Part shown: piece by piece, positions 15,801 to 37,412 of the stretch
Numbering within the stretch: position 1 is the stretch's first letter
How the letters are laid out: each line of letters opens with the position of its first letter
Assembly: GCF_009834535.1 (NCBI RefSeq)
Contig: NC_045715.1
Coordinates: 20,894,001-20,958,000, forward strand
DNA from: Camelus ferus
Lineage: Eukaryota
Length of the DNA stretch: 64,000 bases
Direction: 5' to 3'
Position numbers and translations under genes: made by a program
The notes under the pieces: model-generated
The model's input: only the letters and a program-made list of their open reading frames with translations
Databases searched by the model: none
What the model was told of the DNA's origin: nothing

Positions 15801-17994
15801 CACCCTCTTCTTGGCTTCCTCTGGCCTATCTTTATTTTCTGTTAACTCCTCTGTACCATTCTTACTTGACTGTGTGGTATTTTTCATAAATGACTTAATA
15901 CACCCTTAAAGTATTTAGTTTACTTAAAAATTTCTTGAACCTGATGACATTTTCAGCCTGTTCAACTCCTCAGAGTAACAAAATCCAGGAGCTCTAATAT
16001 GTGGTGAATTAGACTCACAGAATGCGTAAAACAAAGAATTCAGGAGCCACCCACTTTCTTCACCTTACGGATAAGAAACTGGAAGCTCAAAATGGGATAG
16101 CAACTTGCGCATGATTGAACAGGCGTCACTTTTCCCTTAAACCTACCTCCATTTCAACTTGCAAGGATGCCCTCTGGAGTCAAGGATCCCCTGAACAACT
16201 TTTCTCCTTGTGCTCACCTTTAACTTCCCCTCTAGGGTTCGAGAACGTTTGAAGCCTGAGTTCTTGGTCTCGGCCTTGATGGCACTGATGGCTCCTGACT
16301 TCACCAGCTGCTTTGCCTGCTCTGTTGCTGTGGCTGTGTCCACCACAGGCTGCTCTGACAGTGCTGGAGTGGTGAGGGAAAGAGGCATTATGTTAGCCAG
16401 GCTGGGACAGAGGTCAGCCCCACGCCGCTCACTTCGTCTGCCCCAGCCCCGTCACTCACAGCGTTTGACACCGCCTTGGCTGGCTGTGCTGCTGCTGCTT
16501 TGCTTCTTCAGAGCCAGCAATGCCTTTTTCTGGTAATGACAGTGAGAAGAGAGGGGTCGGTGAGGGCCAGTCCCTGGCCAGGTCCTCTCCCAAGGCCCCT
16601 AGGTGCATCACTCCAGGGGACACCTTTCTCAGAGAAACTAATGCACGTGGTGTCCCTGGAATGGTACACTGAGGTAACCTTGCCTCTTATAAGGCCCCCC
16701 AGATCATCTATAAGGCCAGCCATACCTAATCTATCCAAACCATGGTATCCAGAGGCTTTCCAGACTCATGTTTTACAAGTTGAAGACAAGGAATTCAGTC
16801 ACAGACAAGAGCCCTCAGATATAAGCTGCAATTAAGTATAAGCCTACATGCCTTTCTCTAGAGGCTTCATCCATCCGCCTCCTACATATAGAAGGAGGAC
16901 ATCCCACTACTTTGAAACAGGGATATGCAAAAGTATGAGGCGTAAATTTTCCCCTCAAGAAGCTTTCAGTCTAAGAAGTAAGATGACTAGACTGAATTGT
17001 CAAGAATAATTATAGGAGGTGCAGACTGTTTGTAGCTGAGCGCAAGTAAGGTTTTTCTGATGCCAAATGACTATTATACTGGGCCCTGGATAGAATCTAC
17101 ATGATGCAGACTGAGAGGAAAGGGGACTGTAGACAAAGCAAACAGGGTGCCAAAGAAGCGGAGATAAGAAGGCTTTGGGAGAGCATGTTTTGGGATTAGG
17201 GAATAGTTCTATTTGACTAGGAAGAGGTGCCACGTTAAGACTTTGTTTTATAGACATCATGAAACCACGCATAGCTTCTGAGAAAAAGAGGGACAGAGTT
17301 TTGTGTTTTCAATGTATCACTTTGACAGGAGTAAAGAAATCTGTCCAAAAAAGAAACTTGTTGAGAGACCATTACAACAGTCTAGGTGAGCATCTATCAG
17401 CAAAGACCTGATCTAGAGAATACACAGGAAAAAGAAAACAGGAAATTACTTCAAGGGAAGAATAAAGGTGACTTGGCAAATATTTGGTTGTGCAAATAGC
17501 GGAGAAGACGGAGATGAGATTTTAATTCCAAACACACAAGAGAAATGAATGTAGTCAGTCCTATTTGGAAGGCCAAGATTAGAATAGTAAGGTAATAACT
17601 TCAATTTGAGATACGTAAGGTTATCAATAAGACTCTAGACGGAACTCGAAAAACCGAGCTTGGGGATCACCAGCTCTTAGGTAGTACTAAAAGCCGTAAG
17701 AAAGGAAGACAACTCCAAGGCAGACTGCATAGAAAAGAGACAAAAGAAAGTACAAACCAAGACTTGGGAAAGTCCACCTCTGAAGCTACACTGAGAGGTG
17801 ATATGTCTCCAGGTGGGAGGCAGAAGAACACCCCCACCCCCATCCCCTCACTCACCCCAGGTGTTCTCAGAGTGTAGAGTCTTTGAAAGTTTGGGCAATG
17901 CCCACACACACTCCCTCANNNNNNNNNNNNNNNNNNNNNNNNNNNNNNNNNNNNNNNNNNNNNNNNNNNNNNNNNNNNNNNNNNNNNNNNNNNN
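12804..17994 (-). CDS. NELFE: Negative elongation factor E (RD protein); start exon inferred inside the N gap
   Basis: Exons 16460-16529, 16218-16363, 15645-15719, 15484-15521, 14958-15289 (RD repeat), 14691-14835, 14476-14530, 14125-14227 (RRM), 12804-12901 (...KENLVDGF*). The ATG exon is not visible. Its donor intron (gtgagggag) starts at the gap edge near 17919, so the upper coordinate is an estimate. The non-coding exon 1 donor is at 18440/18439. Confidence 0.95.
14971..15114 (-). repeat. Coding hexanucleotide repeat encoding the NELFE Arg-Asp tract (24 dipeptides)
   Basis: RN-RD-RD-RE-(RD)19-RE, with degenerate (CGN/AGR GAY) units. Confidence 0.95.
16364..16459 (-). ncRNA. 96-nt NELFE intron orthologous to the human mirtron MIR1236; expression uncertain
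   Basis: Intron begins GTGAGTGACGGGG and ends ...AACATAATGCCTCTTTCCCTCACCACTCCAG, closely resembling human pre-mir-1236 as recalled. Hairpin pairing looks weaker. Confidence 0.35.
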
Positions 17995-18050
17995 NNNNNN
18001 NNNNNNNNNNNNNNNNNNNNNNNNNNNNNNNNNNNNNNNNNNNNNNNNNN
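17919..18050. other. Assembly gap (132 N)
   Basis: Run of N characters. Confidence 1.
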
Positions 18051-18700
18051 AGGATTCACACGCCGTCCACACAGAACCCAACCCCACCCCTCCAGGCCTG
18101 CCTACTCCTGTCTTTTGCTTCTCCCTACACCTTGCTTAAACCAGGCTGCTGTCCAAGCCCCCGCCGTCGGGATCAACCAGCATTCCCTTCTCTCTCCAGG
18201 AATCACGGATACCAGCACCTTGGGACACCATGTGGCCCGGGAAGGGAGAAACACTCTCTCCGTCGCGAAGACGATGGCACCAGACCCCCCTACCTCGCTG
18301 GGGTTATATGGCAATCGCGGGGTCTGAACAGCAGAGGAAGCAGTGGAACCCGCGCATCGCTCTTAGACCAACGAAAAGGTTAAGAAGAGAAAAGGAGCTC
18401 CGAAAAAAGGGGCGAAGGCTGAGAAAGAGAAGGCCTTACCTGAGGGGGCGGCAACCGGGGCCCCGATGGTCTCAGGCGGCGCCCGCGCGGGCAGCGGATT
18501 GCGGGCTCAGAGCGATGACGCAGCGAGGGGCGGAGAACGCGGTAACCAGGGCGGCCCGCGGCGCGCACACTTCCGCCCGGCCTCCCACCAGCTTAGGCCC
18601 GCCCCTCGGCGGGGGTGTGTGCCGGAAGTTGCCTTCACTTCCGCCCATTTGGGCTACCCCTGACACTTCTGGGCTGCACGGTAGCTGCCGTGGCTGCAGG

Positions 18701-28223
<9,523 letters not shown>

Positions 28224-28246
28224 ATGACCCCTGTGTAAAATGTAAC

Positions 28247-28252
28247 AATAAA
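28247..28252 (+). terminator. SKIV2L polyadenylation signal
   Basis: AATAAA 23 nt after the stop codon. Confidence 0.85.
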
Positions 28253-28341
28253 ACAGCAAACCACCTGTGTGAACCTGAGGTGTTGGGCAGGGATGACTCA
28301 GCTCAAAAGACACAGCAGGGAGAACCACCTAGAAATATGCC

Positions 28342-28347
28342 TTTATC
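28342..28347 (-). terminator. Candidate non-canonical DXO polyadenylation signal (GATAAA)
   Basis: GATAAA on the minus strand 36 nt after the DXO stop. I found no AATAAA or ATTAAA on the minus strand between DXO and SKIV2L. Confidence 0.5.
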
Positions 28348-28383
28348 TATGCACACAGAAACAGGACCAGCCCCTGAGAAGCA

Positions 28384-30169
28384 TCAGTCCTTTGGGGAGG
28401 GTGTCTTGGGGGGTGACAGGAGGTCCTGGGTCATGGCTTCGACATACCATGTAGGCAGAAAGGCATGCGGTGCATCTCGATGTTCAGACACTGTGACTGG
28501 GCCACCAGGCTCCCAGGAGAAGAGGTAGACGAGTCTAGGGGGCAGGTGGAGTCATGAGTTGAGGACTGGAGGCTGAGCTTCAGGGACCCAGAGGGGAGGG
28601 GCAGAGCTGAAGGCCTCACCTGGGGTCGTCCTGGACAACTGTGTTCTGGGCAAAGCTAAGGAAGGCAGCACAGAAGTTCATGCACACTGAGGGATTCCAG
28701 CCATCACGGTCATTCTGGAGTGGGACCAGGAGGCAGAAGACTGGCAGTGAGGGAGAGGGTGGGAAAAGGGGAAGGTGCACTGCAGCCCTGGACACCGGAC
28801 CTGTGGTCTTGGCTCAGGGGAGTATGGGCAGGAGCTGTGACACCATTGCCTTACCCTGACGTATTCAAACATCTCCATGGTAGGAAAGGTCTTGAGGGAA
28901 CAGACGAAACCCTCTGGGTTACGGAAACCAGCAATGACATTTGGGACCCCCGGAAGGAATGACTGAGCCCACCATTTCAGGAGCTTGTGTCTGTCAGGAA
29001 AGGCAAGGGGTCAGTGGGACTTCTCCAGCCTCATCCAAGTCCCTTTCCCAGCTGTCAGTTCTAGGCTCTTGTCCACCCCACCCCTCATCCTGAACCTGTA
29101 GAAGCTCTTCCATTGGCCAGGGCTGTGCATTTCCTTGGAGGTCTTGAGCTCCACATAGCAGGTGGGGGGCTGCATGGATGGGGCCTGGGGGTCTATGCAG
29201 TCTACCTCCCCAGAGAAGAGCAGTGGATGGTTCCCCAGGCGGCTGCGTAGCACAGAGCAGAAGGCCACGTTGGTGTTAACCTCCCCAGAGGGGTCTGGGG
29301 AGCCTCCGGGTTTGTCTGCATAAGAAGAGAAACAGCAGCAGGGCTGGGGGTTCTCAATCTCTGGGGAAAGGGGAGGGCGTTTCAGAGCCAGGACAACTCT
29401 CACCTGCACACATGTACTGCTCGAACTTGTACCCCATGTACATAAGCTCCCGGAGGAGAGGTGGCCGGGTAAGCCTCCGAACCCGAGCAGCCGGCGTCTC
29501 TACCTCACTCAGGTACAGTGTCCCCTGGAACCGGGAGGCTGCCAGCTGCCAGCCCTCCTGCCGCTCATATGGTGTTGTCAGCAATTTTGTCAGGTGCCCC
29601 CGCCATGTCACTATGGCCCCTGGGCGCCAGTCTGGACTCCTGAAAGGGAGGAATTAGGGGCTGAAGATCTGACACAAGCATTAGTGCAGATGGCTCCCCC
29701 AAAGAATAGCCTAAGTTCCTTCTAAGGATTGAGCTAACTCCAGCTTTGGCTCTCCCAGTTTTAGAGGGCAGGTGCAGGTCTCTAGATCTACTTGTGTGCT
29801 ATGCTTTGCTCACCCCTCCAGCTGGCCTCGGTGCTCCAGGAGCCAGCGTAGCAGGTGGTCCAGCCTCTCTTGGACCTCCTCGTCCCGGGGCTGGTATCGA
29901 TCTGGGTATCCGTCTCTGAGGTCAAAGTTGGGTCCTTGTCCATTGGTGGGGGGTGGGCTGTAGTAGCGCAAGGCTCGAGCATCTCCATGGTACTGGCGTT
30001 GTGCATCCAGGGAGAAGCAGCCCAGTTCAGAAGGGCGCCGGTAGAAAGGAAAGGGTCCAGAGTAGAGGGCAGGGTCTGTGGGCAGCGAGGGTGCTGGGCG
30101 GGGGACTTTGTTCCGAGGCTCAGCTACCTCTATTTTTCCAGCTCCTCTCTTGGTCCCTCTGGGCTCCAT
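28384..30169 (-). CDS. DXO: Decapping exoribonuclease (DOM3Z), 6 coding exons, 397 aa
   Basis: Exons 29814-30169, 29404-29639, 29096-29315, 28855-28990, 28620-28714, 28384-28534 (1194 nt). Catalytic motifs GYKFEQY, SGEVDC, VELKT, KWWAQSFL. Confidence 0.97.
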
Positions 30170-30423
30170 GAGGTCCTGAGAGGGGCTGGGTAAGTTCCCC
30201 TTTTACAGAGGAGGCCTGAGGAAGGGGGACTCCAGGTCAGGACTAAGTGAGACTCTTGATGGCCAGACTCTGGCCTTGAAACAACCAGGCCCCATCTCCT
30301 CAAACAGAACCACGGTCAGATGCACATCTCACCTTTTCCCTTGACCTATCTCCCCACCCCCAGGTCATCCAAACGCAGTGAGGTTAGAAAGGATGTTTGG
30401 GCTCAGATCAAGGATCTGGTTAC

Positions 30424-30950
30424 CTCAAAGCCCGCCAACCTCGACTTCCACCTTCGCAGAGCTATGACGTCATGGCAGGTACGTCAGATGTGGGAGAGGG
30501 ATGCCAAGGTGGTTTTCCAGCTTTCGATGACGCAATCATTCAGCGACAGTAGCAGGCAAACTCCTCTGGGGTGGGGGTGGGGGGGTGGTCTGTGCGCTTT
30601 ACACCAGCAGGTTGATCTCAACGTGGCCACCGGCGCCCCTCCTCACCGCCTGGGCGTCCCCGGACGTGAGTGCGCTCGGACGAAGCCAATCAGCGGCGGC
30701 CGTGGAGCCTCGGCCAATGCGGGTGGTGTTGGTATCCGCCTTGGCACCGCCCCTCCCAGCAAGGGCCCGCGATGACAAATCGACGCCTCTTTGGTCACCA
30801 CGTCGTCTTACTAACACCGGGCTGACAGGTCTCCCAGGAGGGACGCCCAGGGAGCCCGTGCGTCACTGCTCTGCGCCGGAAGACTCTCTTTTCGTGTTCT
30901 CTTCTCTCAACAGCTACCTCTTCCCCGGTACAGTAAGATCCCGGGATATG
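30424..30950. promoter_or_regulatory. CpG-island bidirectional promoter of DXO and STK19
   Basis: Perfect CRE palindrome ATGACGTCAT 30464-30473, C/EBP-ATF-like TGACGCAAT 30528-30536, two CCAAT boxes (30686-30690, 30714-30718). DXO non-coding exon donor near 30424. Confidence 0.8.
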
Positions 30951-33900
30951 AGCCGGAAGAGGCATCGCCTGGTCCCGGAGCCCTTTGGACTGAAGAGGCG
31001 GCGGGAACGAGGGGATGTAGAGGTCGATTCATTGCGGGGCGAATCAGGTAACCATGGCAACCCCGGGGCGAGGCTAAAGACCTCAGCTGGGAGCGGCCTC
31101 GCCTCCGGTAACCCTGTATGTTGGGACAGCAGCGCCTCCCAGAGTCGTACCCCCGCTTCCCTTCGCCCCAGTTCTCGTCTCAGTGGCTCGGTCTCTCCGC
31201 TCAGGGTCTGCGCGCGCGGCCGTCGCGGAGCTAGTGCGGCTGTTCCCACGAGTCCTGTTTGAGGATGCGCTACCGCCCATCGTGTTGAGGAGCCAGGTCT
31301 ACAGCCTCGTGCCCGACCGAACTGTGGCTGACCTGCAGCTGGTGAGGGGCGTCAGAGCGACCGACGAAAAGCGCTTACTTGCCTCGAGAGCACTTCCGAT
31401 GTTCCCTATCACTCACTCAGTCGGTCGGCCCGCTATTCTGCCATTCAGCAAGCGTTGGGTCTTTCTGGGCCAGACATTGTGCCAGGCACTGTGGTGCCAA
31501 GGAGAATGCTGCAGACCCTCCAGCAGTAGAGAGCATGCCAAATCATGATGGTGGAAGAGCGAAGCTTTTGGGGAAACTGCCTCACCGGGCATGGTTCGAG
31601 CCTACAGCGCTGGGAATGCAGGCAGGCGTCAGATTAGGACAGGCCTTGTACAACAGTGTTGTTTCCATCTTACGTTGAAAGCAATGAGCTGGCAGAGAAT
31701 GTTAAACAGGAGAGGCAGCGGTGTGTTGCATGGATTGGAGGTAGTGAGATGAGGCAGGGAGATCAACCAGGAAGTTATTGCAGCTGAGGACTGGTGGAGG
31801 ACTGGTGAAGGCCTGAATGAGGTCAGTGTAGTGGGAGGGAGAGGATGGGTGAGGGTGAGTGATGTGGAGAGTGGGAAGCGGGAGGAATCAAGGAAATTCT
31901 GAGATCTTCTGGATGACTGAGTGATTAGAGTAGAAGAATATTGAATTGTTTGTTGGGGGCAGATGATGTGTTTAATTTTGTTCAAGTTGAGTTGGAGGTG
32001 CTGCTGGAGCATGGAAAGGCAAATGTGCATTAGACAGCTGGAGAGAATTCAGGGTCAGTGATATAGAGGAATTTGAGCTGTGAGCAGTGGTTCAGTCTCT
32101 GAATGTGGGTGAGATCTATAGGAAGTGAGGAGTTTTACAAACTTTAGAAGATAATGAAAGCTATGGCGTTCTTTCTCTAGAAAAACGCATATATGTCCTA
32201 TATATATGTGGTGTATGTATAATTTGGTGGGGAGGGGGTTGTTTCACAGATCCTCTGAGATCAAAGGTTTAACGACCCTAGGTTTGCAGTGAAAGATAAC
32301 AGAGCCAAATCCCCAATGCTGGGAGATAAAAAACTTAAGGCAGTCTTTCTCAAAGTATGTCTTTAGTTCTACCTGTACCAGAACCACCAGGACTACTTAT
32401 TCAAAAATACCTGGGATTCACTCTATGCTCATGAATGAAGATTTCTTGGGCAGGACCTGGGAATCTACATTTTTAAGCTGCTGCCCCAGGTAATTCTTAC
32501 TGGGCCTTAAAATTTGAGATCCACTGATACAAGGGGAAAACAGAGAAAGACAAGTCTGTGAAAGAGGCTGAGAAGGAATTGTCATTAGGAGGAACCCAGG
32601 AAGAGGCCTATTGAGAAAGGAGAAATTTTCAAGAAGGTGGAGTAGTTGGCCGTGTTAGCATCTGTGATTCAAGGCAGTGGTATGTGAAGAGGTCAAGTAA
32701 AATAATACCCAATTGGATTTAGCAGATAGCAGGTTATTATGACAACCTGTCAGGAAGAAAAGAGGGAAGAAAAGGAAGATGGGGACTTGCTCCAGTCTCT
32801 TAAGGAAGCGAGTCAGAACCACTCCTTAGAGTATTTGGTTGTTTTTAACCTCCTGGTGTTAGCCTAAATTTTAGGAAAGCTTTAAAAGTTGCACAACAGA
32901 AAATATAAACACAAAATTTAAAAGAATGTTTATAAAGGAAATACCTACTTAACCATCACCCAAGTCAGACTGTAGGACACGGCCACAGCCTGCATATATT
33001 GTTCTCTGATCAAAATGCCTTATGTCCCAGGAGGTAACATACCTGACTGGTATGAAAATGTTTCCCTTGATTTTCTTTATACCATCTATGTGTTTATCCA
33101 TAAACAACATGCTTAGTTTTACCCACTTTTGAACTTGATTATAAACAAAATCATACCGTATGTGTTGGTTTATATCTTGTTTCATTAGATGAATATTTTT
33201 GAGATTCATCCAGATTGTTGCATGTAGCTATAGTTAATTTCATTTTCATACACTTCCCTTTTATGAATGTACCCTTTTCTGTCCATTCTGGTGGAAGAAA
33301 TTATGTTTGCTAGGAATTTGTCAATTTCATCTAAATATTCAAATTTATTGCTGTAAGGTTTATAATCTCATTTTATTGTCTGTAGAATCAGCAGAAAAGA
33401 TCCTTTTTTCATTTTCTATATTGGTCATCTGTGCTTTTTCTAGGCTCCCCCATCCATTTTTCTCTGTCAGTCTCACCAGGGTTTCCCAGTTTTAATAGTC
33501 TTTCAAAGAATTAACTTTTAGCTTTGCTGCTGTCTCTTGTATGCACGTATTCTGTTTCATTCATGTTTCCTCTGTGCTGTTGGGTTTATCTTACTTTTTT
33601 TTTTCCCATTAATTTTCATCCTCTATTCTTTTCTAACAGATGGGTGTCAGGCTGTAGTTTCCCCCTAAGTATTGACATATGTCTATGTCAGTACCTATAT
33701 CTGTATCTACCAAGTTTTAGTATGTTTTCATCAGCTTCTAATTTCCTTTGTGATTTTTTTTTTCTTTGACTCATTGGGTTGATTAGAAGTGTATAACTTA
33801 CTTTCTAACCATTTTCTTATTACCTTATTGTTACCAATTTCTGGCTTAAATGATATTGTGACCAGAGAACAGACACGATATTATGATTTTAGTCATTCGA

Positions 33901-36900
33901 AACTTACTGAGATGTGCTTAGTGCAATATAGTCAGTTTTGCTAAATATTCTATGTATATTTGAAAAGAATATGTATTATTCAGTTATTAATTTCTTAGTA
34001 ACTAAAATTATTATTGAAATCTTTTATTTTCCCACTGATCACTGTATCGTCTGTTTGTTCTATGAGTTTATGCAAGTTGGATTAATGTACTTTTGTGATT
34101 GTGGATTTGTTATTGGTACTTCAGATATTTCCCACACCTCATTATTGCTTTTCTTTCTTTCTGGGACTCCAACTAAACATAAAGTGGATCATCTCTTTGT
34201 ATCCTTTAAGTCTCTTAGCCTCTTGTCTGCATTTTCAGTGTTTTTGACTACCTTTATCATATTCTGGTTGGTTTTTAAAAAATCTGTTTTCCAGATTAAT
34301 AGCTTTTTATTTAGCCGTGCCTTAATCTACTAAACCCATTCATTGAGTTCTTAATTGCACCTGCTTTATTTTTGAGTTCTAGAATTTCTACTGAGATGTC
34401 TTTGAAGTCCATTATGTCAATTTTTATAATCTCGTGCTGAAATTTTCCATCTTGGCTTTTATTTATTTTAGCATTATAAGCATAGTTTTTTAAAAAAAGC
34501 CTGTCTTTGGTAATTTCACTATACCATGTCTTTTTAGGTTTGTTTCTATTGTCTGTTTCTTTTTTGAGTTTTGTTTCCTTGTGCCCAGTTAATTTTGACT
34601 ATGTGTTGGATGGATTTGCCTAAATCACCAAATGCACTCCGTGTCCCAATTTCTTCTGTGAGCTCTTGTTTTCACGTAGATATTATATTAGTCTGGTAAT
34701 TCCTTATTACCTTGTGAGCTCTTTAATACTTAAACAATTTTAAAAATAATATTTTATCCAGAATTTTATGTAATTTTCAGCAAGTGAGTTGGTCTTACTA
34801 TATTCCTGCAAATGGAAGTCCCAGTTTACTTTTGTTTTAAACATTTTCTCCCATATTCCTCCCCACCTTCCCCCACCCAAAATCTAGACTGTTCATTCCT
34901 TGAGGGCAGAGCCTGTGTCTTAATTGCTATTTTATCAGACAGATAACTGATGAGGTGAGTGGATGGAAAACTAATTGGAAAATGCTATTTGATAATCACC
35001 TGATTCTCTCCCCATAATTTTTCCTTTACTTAGGGAGAAACTCCCCAATGCTCGCAAACAAAATCTCCCTGCCCAGAAGTTTCCAAAGTATAGCAGAGCA
35101 TCTTACCCTGATACCCTTCTTTTTATTCTCATCTCTCTGGAGATAGAAGGCACTTCAAGAGCAGGGGGAGATCAGAATCATCCAGCTAGGCTTCGACTTG
35201 GATGCCCAAGGAATTATCTTCACTGAGGACTACAGGACCAGAGTGCGTGTGACTGTGTTTATGTCACTGAGGCCAGGGGAGGGGGGTGCCGAGAAACTGG
35301 GGAATGCACATGTTAAAAAAAAGAGACAATTACCCCACCTCAAATCTTACTGAGAAGGCACGGGGCTCTGGTTAAGTATTAGTATGAGGAGGAGGAGTAT
35401 GAGAGGGAGAAGGACTTGAGCAGAAGGGAAAACAGAGGAAGAGACATGTTGCCGTGGGTTCTGAGATTGGTGGAGGGTGAAAGTGGGGCCAGACCACATC
35501 TCTCACTTCTGGTTCCAGGTCCTCAAGGCTTGTGATGGGCGCCCCTATGCTGGCGCAGTGCAAAAGTTTCTGGCTTCGGTGCTTCCAGCCTGTAGCGACC
35601 TTAGCTTCCAGCAGGACCAAATGACACAGACCTTTGGCTTCAGGGACCCAGAAATCACGTGAGACCTGGGGAACCAACAGAATCAGGCATCTGGCCTATC
35701 CCTCCCTCCCTCCAGCTCTATCCAGCCTTGTCCCCTTCTTTTTGGTGAACTAAAGTTCAAATAAAATGACCTAACTTTATGTTCCCCCAAGAGAAGAGGC
35801 CTGTCTTACCTGGGGCCTTGGAAAGAGCCCTGAAGTAAAATTCAGGAGATCTGAGTGGCTAATCAGATACAAAGGGAGGTCTGACAGGAACCATAAAGGC
35901 CTGATGTGAATTGTGCTGAAACCAAGAAACTGGAGGATGGTAGGAGCTCTGATGCCCCGAAAGCATTCACATTCAAAAGAACAGCAACCAAACAAGGGCT
36001 AAGTAAGAATATCATTTCAGGAGCCTGTGTCTGGCTCAAGCTCCCTGCTTCGTAACCCATGGTAGACGTGAAAGCATTTTACACTCCTTTTCAGTACAAT
36101 GTGGGAAGAGCTATGGTAAGGTCTGCGTAGGTAGTGGCAGGAGCCTTGTTTCTCCCCTGGTGGTGGGACTGAGTGCGTTGGGGCATGTAGTCAAGGAGGG
36201 CTTCCGAGAGAAGCTGTCTTAGTGAATGTGTAATAGTAACAGGAAAAGAAGGAGTTGGGGGAGGGCAGTCAGGGAGGAGAATGGAGCAAGCAAGGGCACG
36301 GGGCACTGAGCAGCATGGTGTGAGCAGAGAACTGCCCCAGGTGGGCTTCTCTTATTAAGTCTCCTGTGTGGGTACCCAGGCTTCTGGAGAATTAGTGTCC
36401 AAAGATGACCAGGTGAGGAGGAGAGAGGGTTCTTAGAGCCAATGCCTCATTTCTCCCGCCTCAGGCAGCTGGTGAATGCTGGAGTCCTCACTGTCCGAGA
36501 TGCTGGAAGTTGGTGGTTAGCTGTGCCTGGAGCTGGGAGATTCATCAAGTATTTTGTTAAAGGTAGCCTGTCTGCAGCTAAAGCCCGCAGCCCCTCAAGA
36601 ATGCCTTTTGGTGACTCCTCAGGCCTCCAGGCCTCACTCACCTTTCCCCTCTCCTGTGCCACCTCTCCTCCAGGGCGCCAGGCTGTCCTTGGCATGGTCC
36701 GGAAGGCCAAGTACCGGGAGTTACTCCTTTCGGAGCTCCTAGGCCGGCGGGTACCTGCTGCGGTGAGACTTGGCCTTGCCTACCACGTGCATGACCTCAT
36801 TGGGGCCCAGCTGGTGGACTGGTGAGTCTCGCCCCCAGTGTCTGACAGATGACGGGTCCATGACCCAAAGGTTGGATTCCCCCCGACTCACTCTTCATTC

Positions 36901-37068
36901 ACTAGTGAAGAAGCCTAGCTCCTCTCTCATTCTCTGGAACCCAGGCACCTCTGTGGCCGAGTTCTGAGTTCCCCCCAGACCCTGGGCCTAGGCATCTGGC
37001 TCCAGCCTTGTCTCTCTTGCAGCGTCTCCACCACTTCTGGAACCCTCCTCCGCCTGCCGGAGACGTGA
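30948..37068 (+). CDS. STK19: STK19/WHR1 tandem winged-helix DNA-binding protein (not a kinase), 254 aa
   Basis: Exons 30948-31047, 31205-31341, 35147-35242, 35519-35658, 36465-36562, 36674-36821, 37023-37068 (765 nt). Reads MSRKRHRLVPEPFG...DAGSWWLAVPGAGRFIKYF...TLLRLPET*. Confidence 0.96.
31680..32150 (-). mobile_element. L2 fragment in the long STK19 intron
   Basis: Purine-rich GAGGCAGGGAGATCAACCAGGAAGTTATTGCAG...GAGGAATCAAGGA...GTTCAAGTTGAGTTGGAGGTG pattern of antisense L2. Confidence 0.6.
32341..32526. mobile_element. MER5A-like hAT-Charlie MITE
   Basis: TIRs CAGTCTTTCTCAAA (32341-32354) and TTTGAGATCCACTG (32513-32526); internal GGGAATCTACATTTTTAAGCTGCTGCCCCAGGTAATTCT. Confidence 0.75.
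32870..34860 (-). mobile_element. Old L1M (L1ME-like) fragments, antisense
   Basis: Abrupt AT/T-rich block with TTTTTGAGATTCATCCAGATTGTTGCATGTAGC and TTGCTAGGAATTTGTCAATTTCATCTAAAT, typical of antisense L1. Confidence 0.65.
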
Positions 37069-37406
37069 GGATTCTGCTCGTCATGGCAACCTTCCCCAGA
37101 GTGGAGAGAGGGGGGCCCAGGAGTGCTGAGATGGGGTCACCTTGGGAAGGCTCGGGAGCCACGATGAGTGTTGGGCTTGCATCCGTGCAAAGGGTCAGAT
37201 GTGACTGCTGCTGTTTACTTGGGGTTTAGGCAATGCTCCTTTGCCCTTTCACTGAAGTGGAACCAGAAACCGTGCCAAGGCCATGGCCGCTGCCTTTCAT
37301 GCAGTGAGGTGCCGCTGCTCTGTCTTGAGATGGGAAGGAAGGGTTCCTGGGGAGGCTGGTGAAGGACAGCAGGGTTCTTCCCCTATATGTTGGCTTGAAA
37401 CTGCCA

Positions 37407-37412
37407 AATAAA
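37407..37412 (+). terminator. STK19 polyadenylation signal
   Basis: AATAAA about 340 nt after the stop codon and about 700 nt upstream of the C4 ATG. Confidence 0.75.

Noticed and set aside
17655-17680. TGGGGATCACCA resembling the NELFE start exon
   Set aside because: There is no ATG or continuing frame; the real exon fits the N gap.
30686-30704. ERSE-like CCAAT-N9 element
   Set aside because: It reads CCGTG rather than the required CCACG.
30948-37068. Protein kinase annotation implied by the name STK19
   Set aside because: No kinase motifs (GxGxxG, HRD, DFG) are present; the protein is a winged-helix DNA binder.
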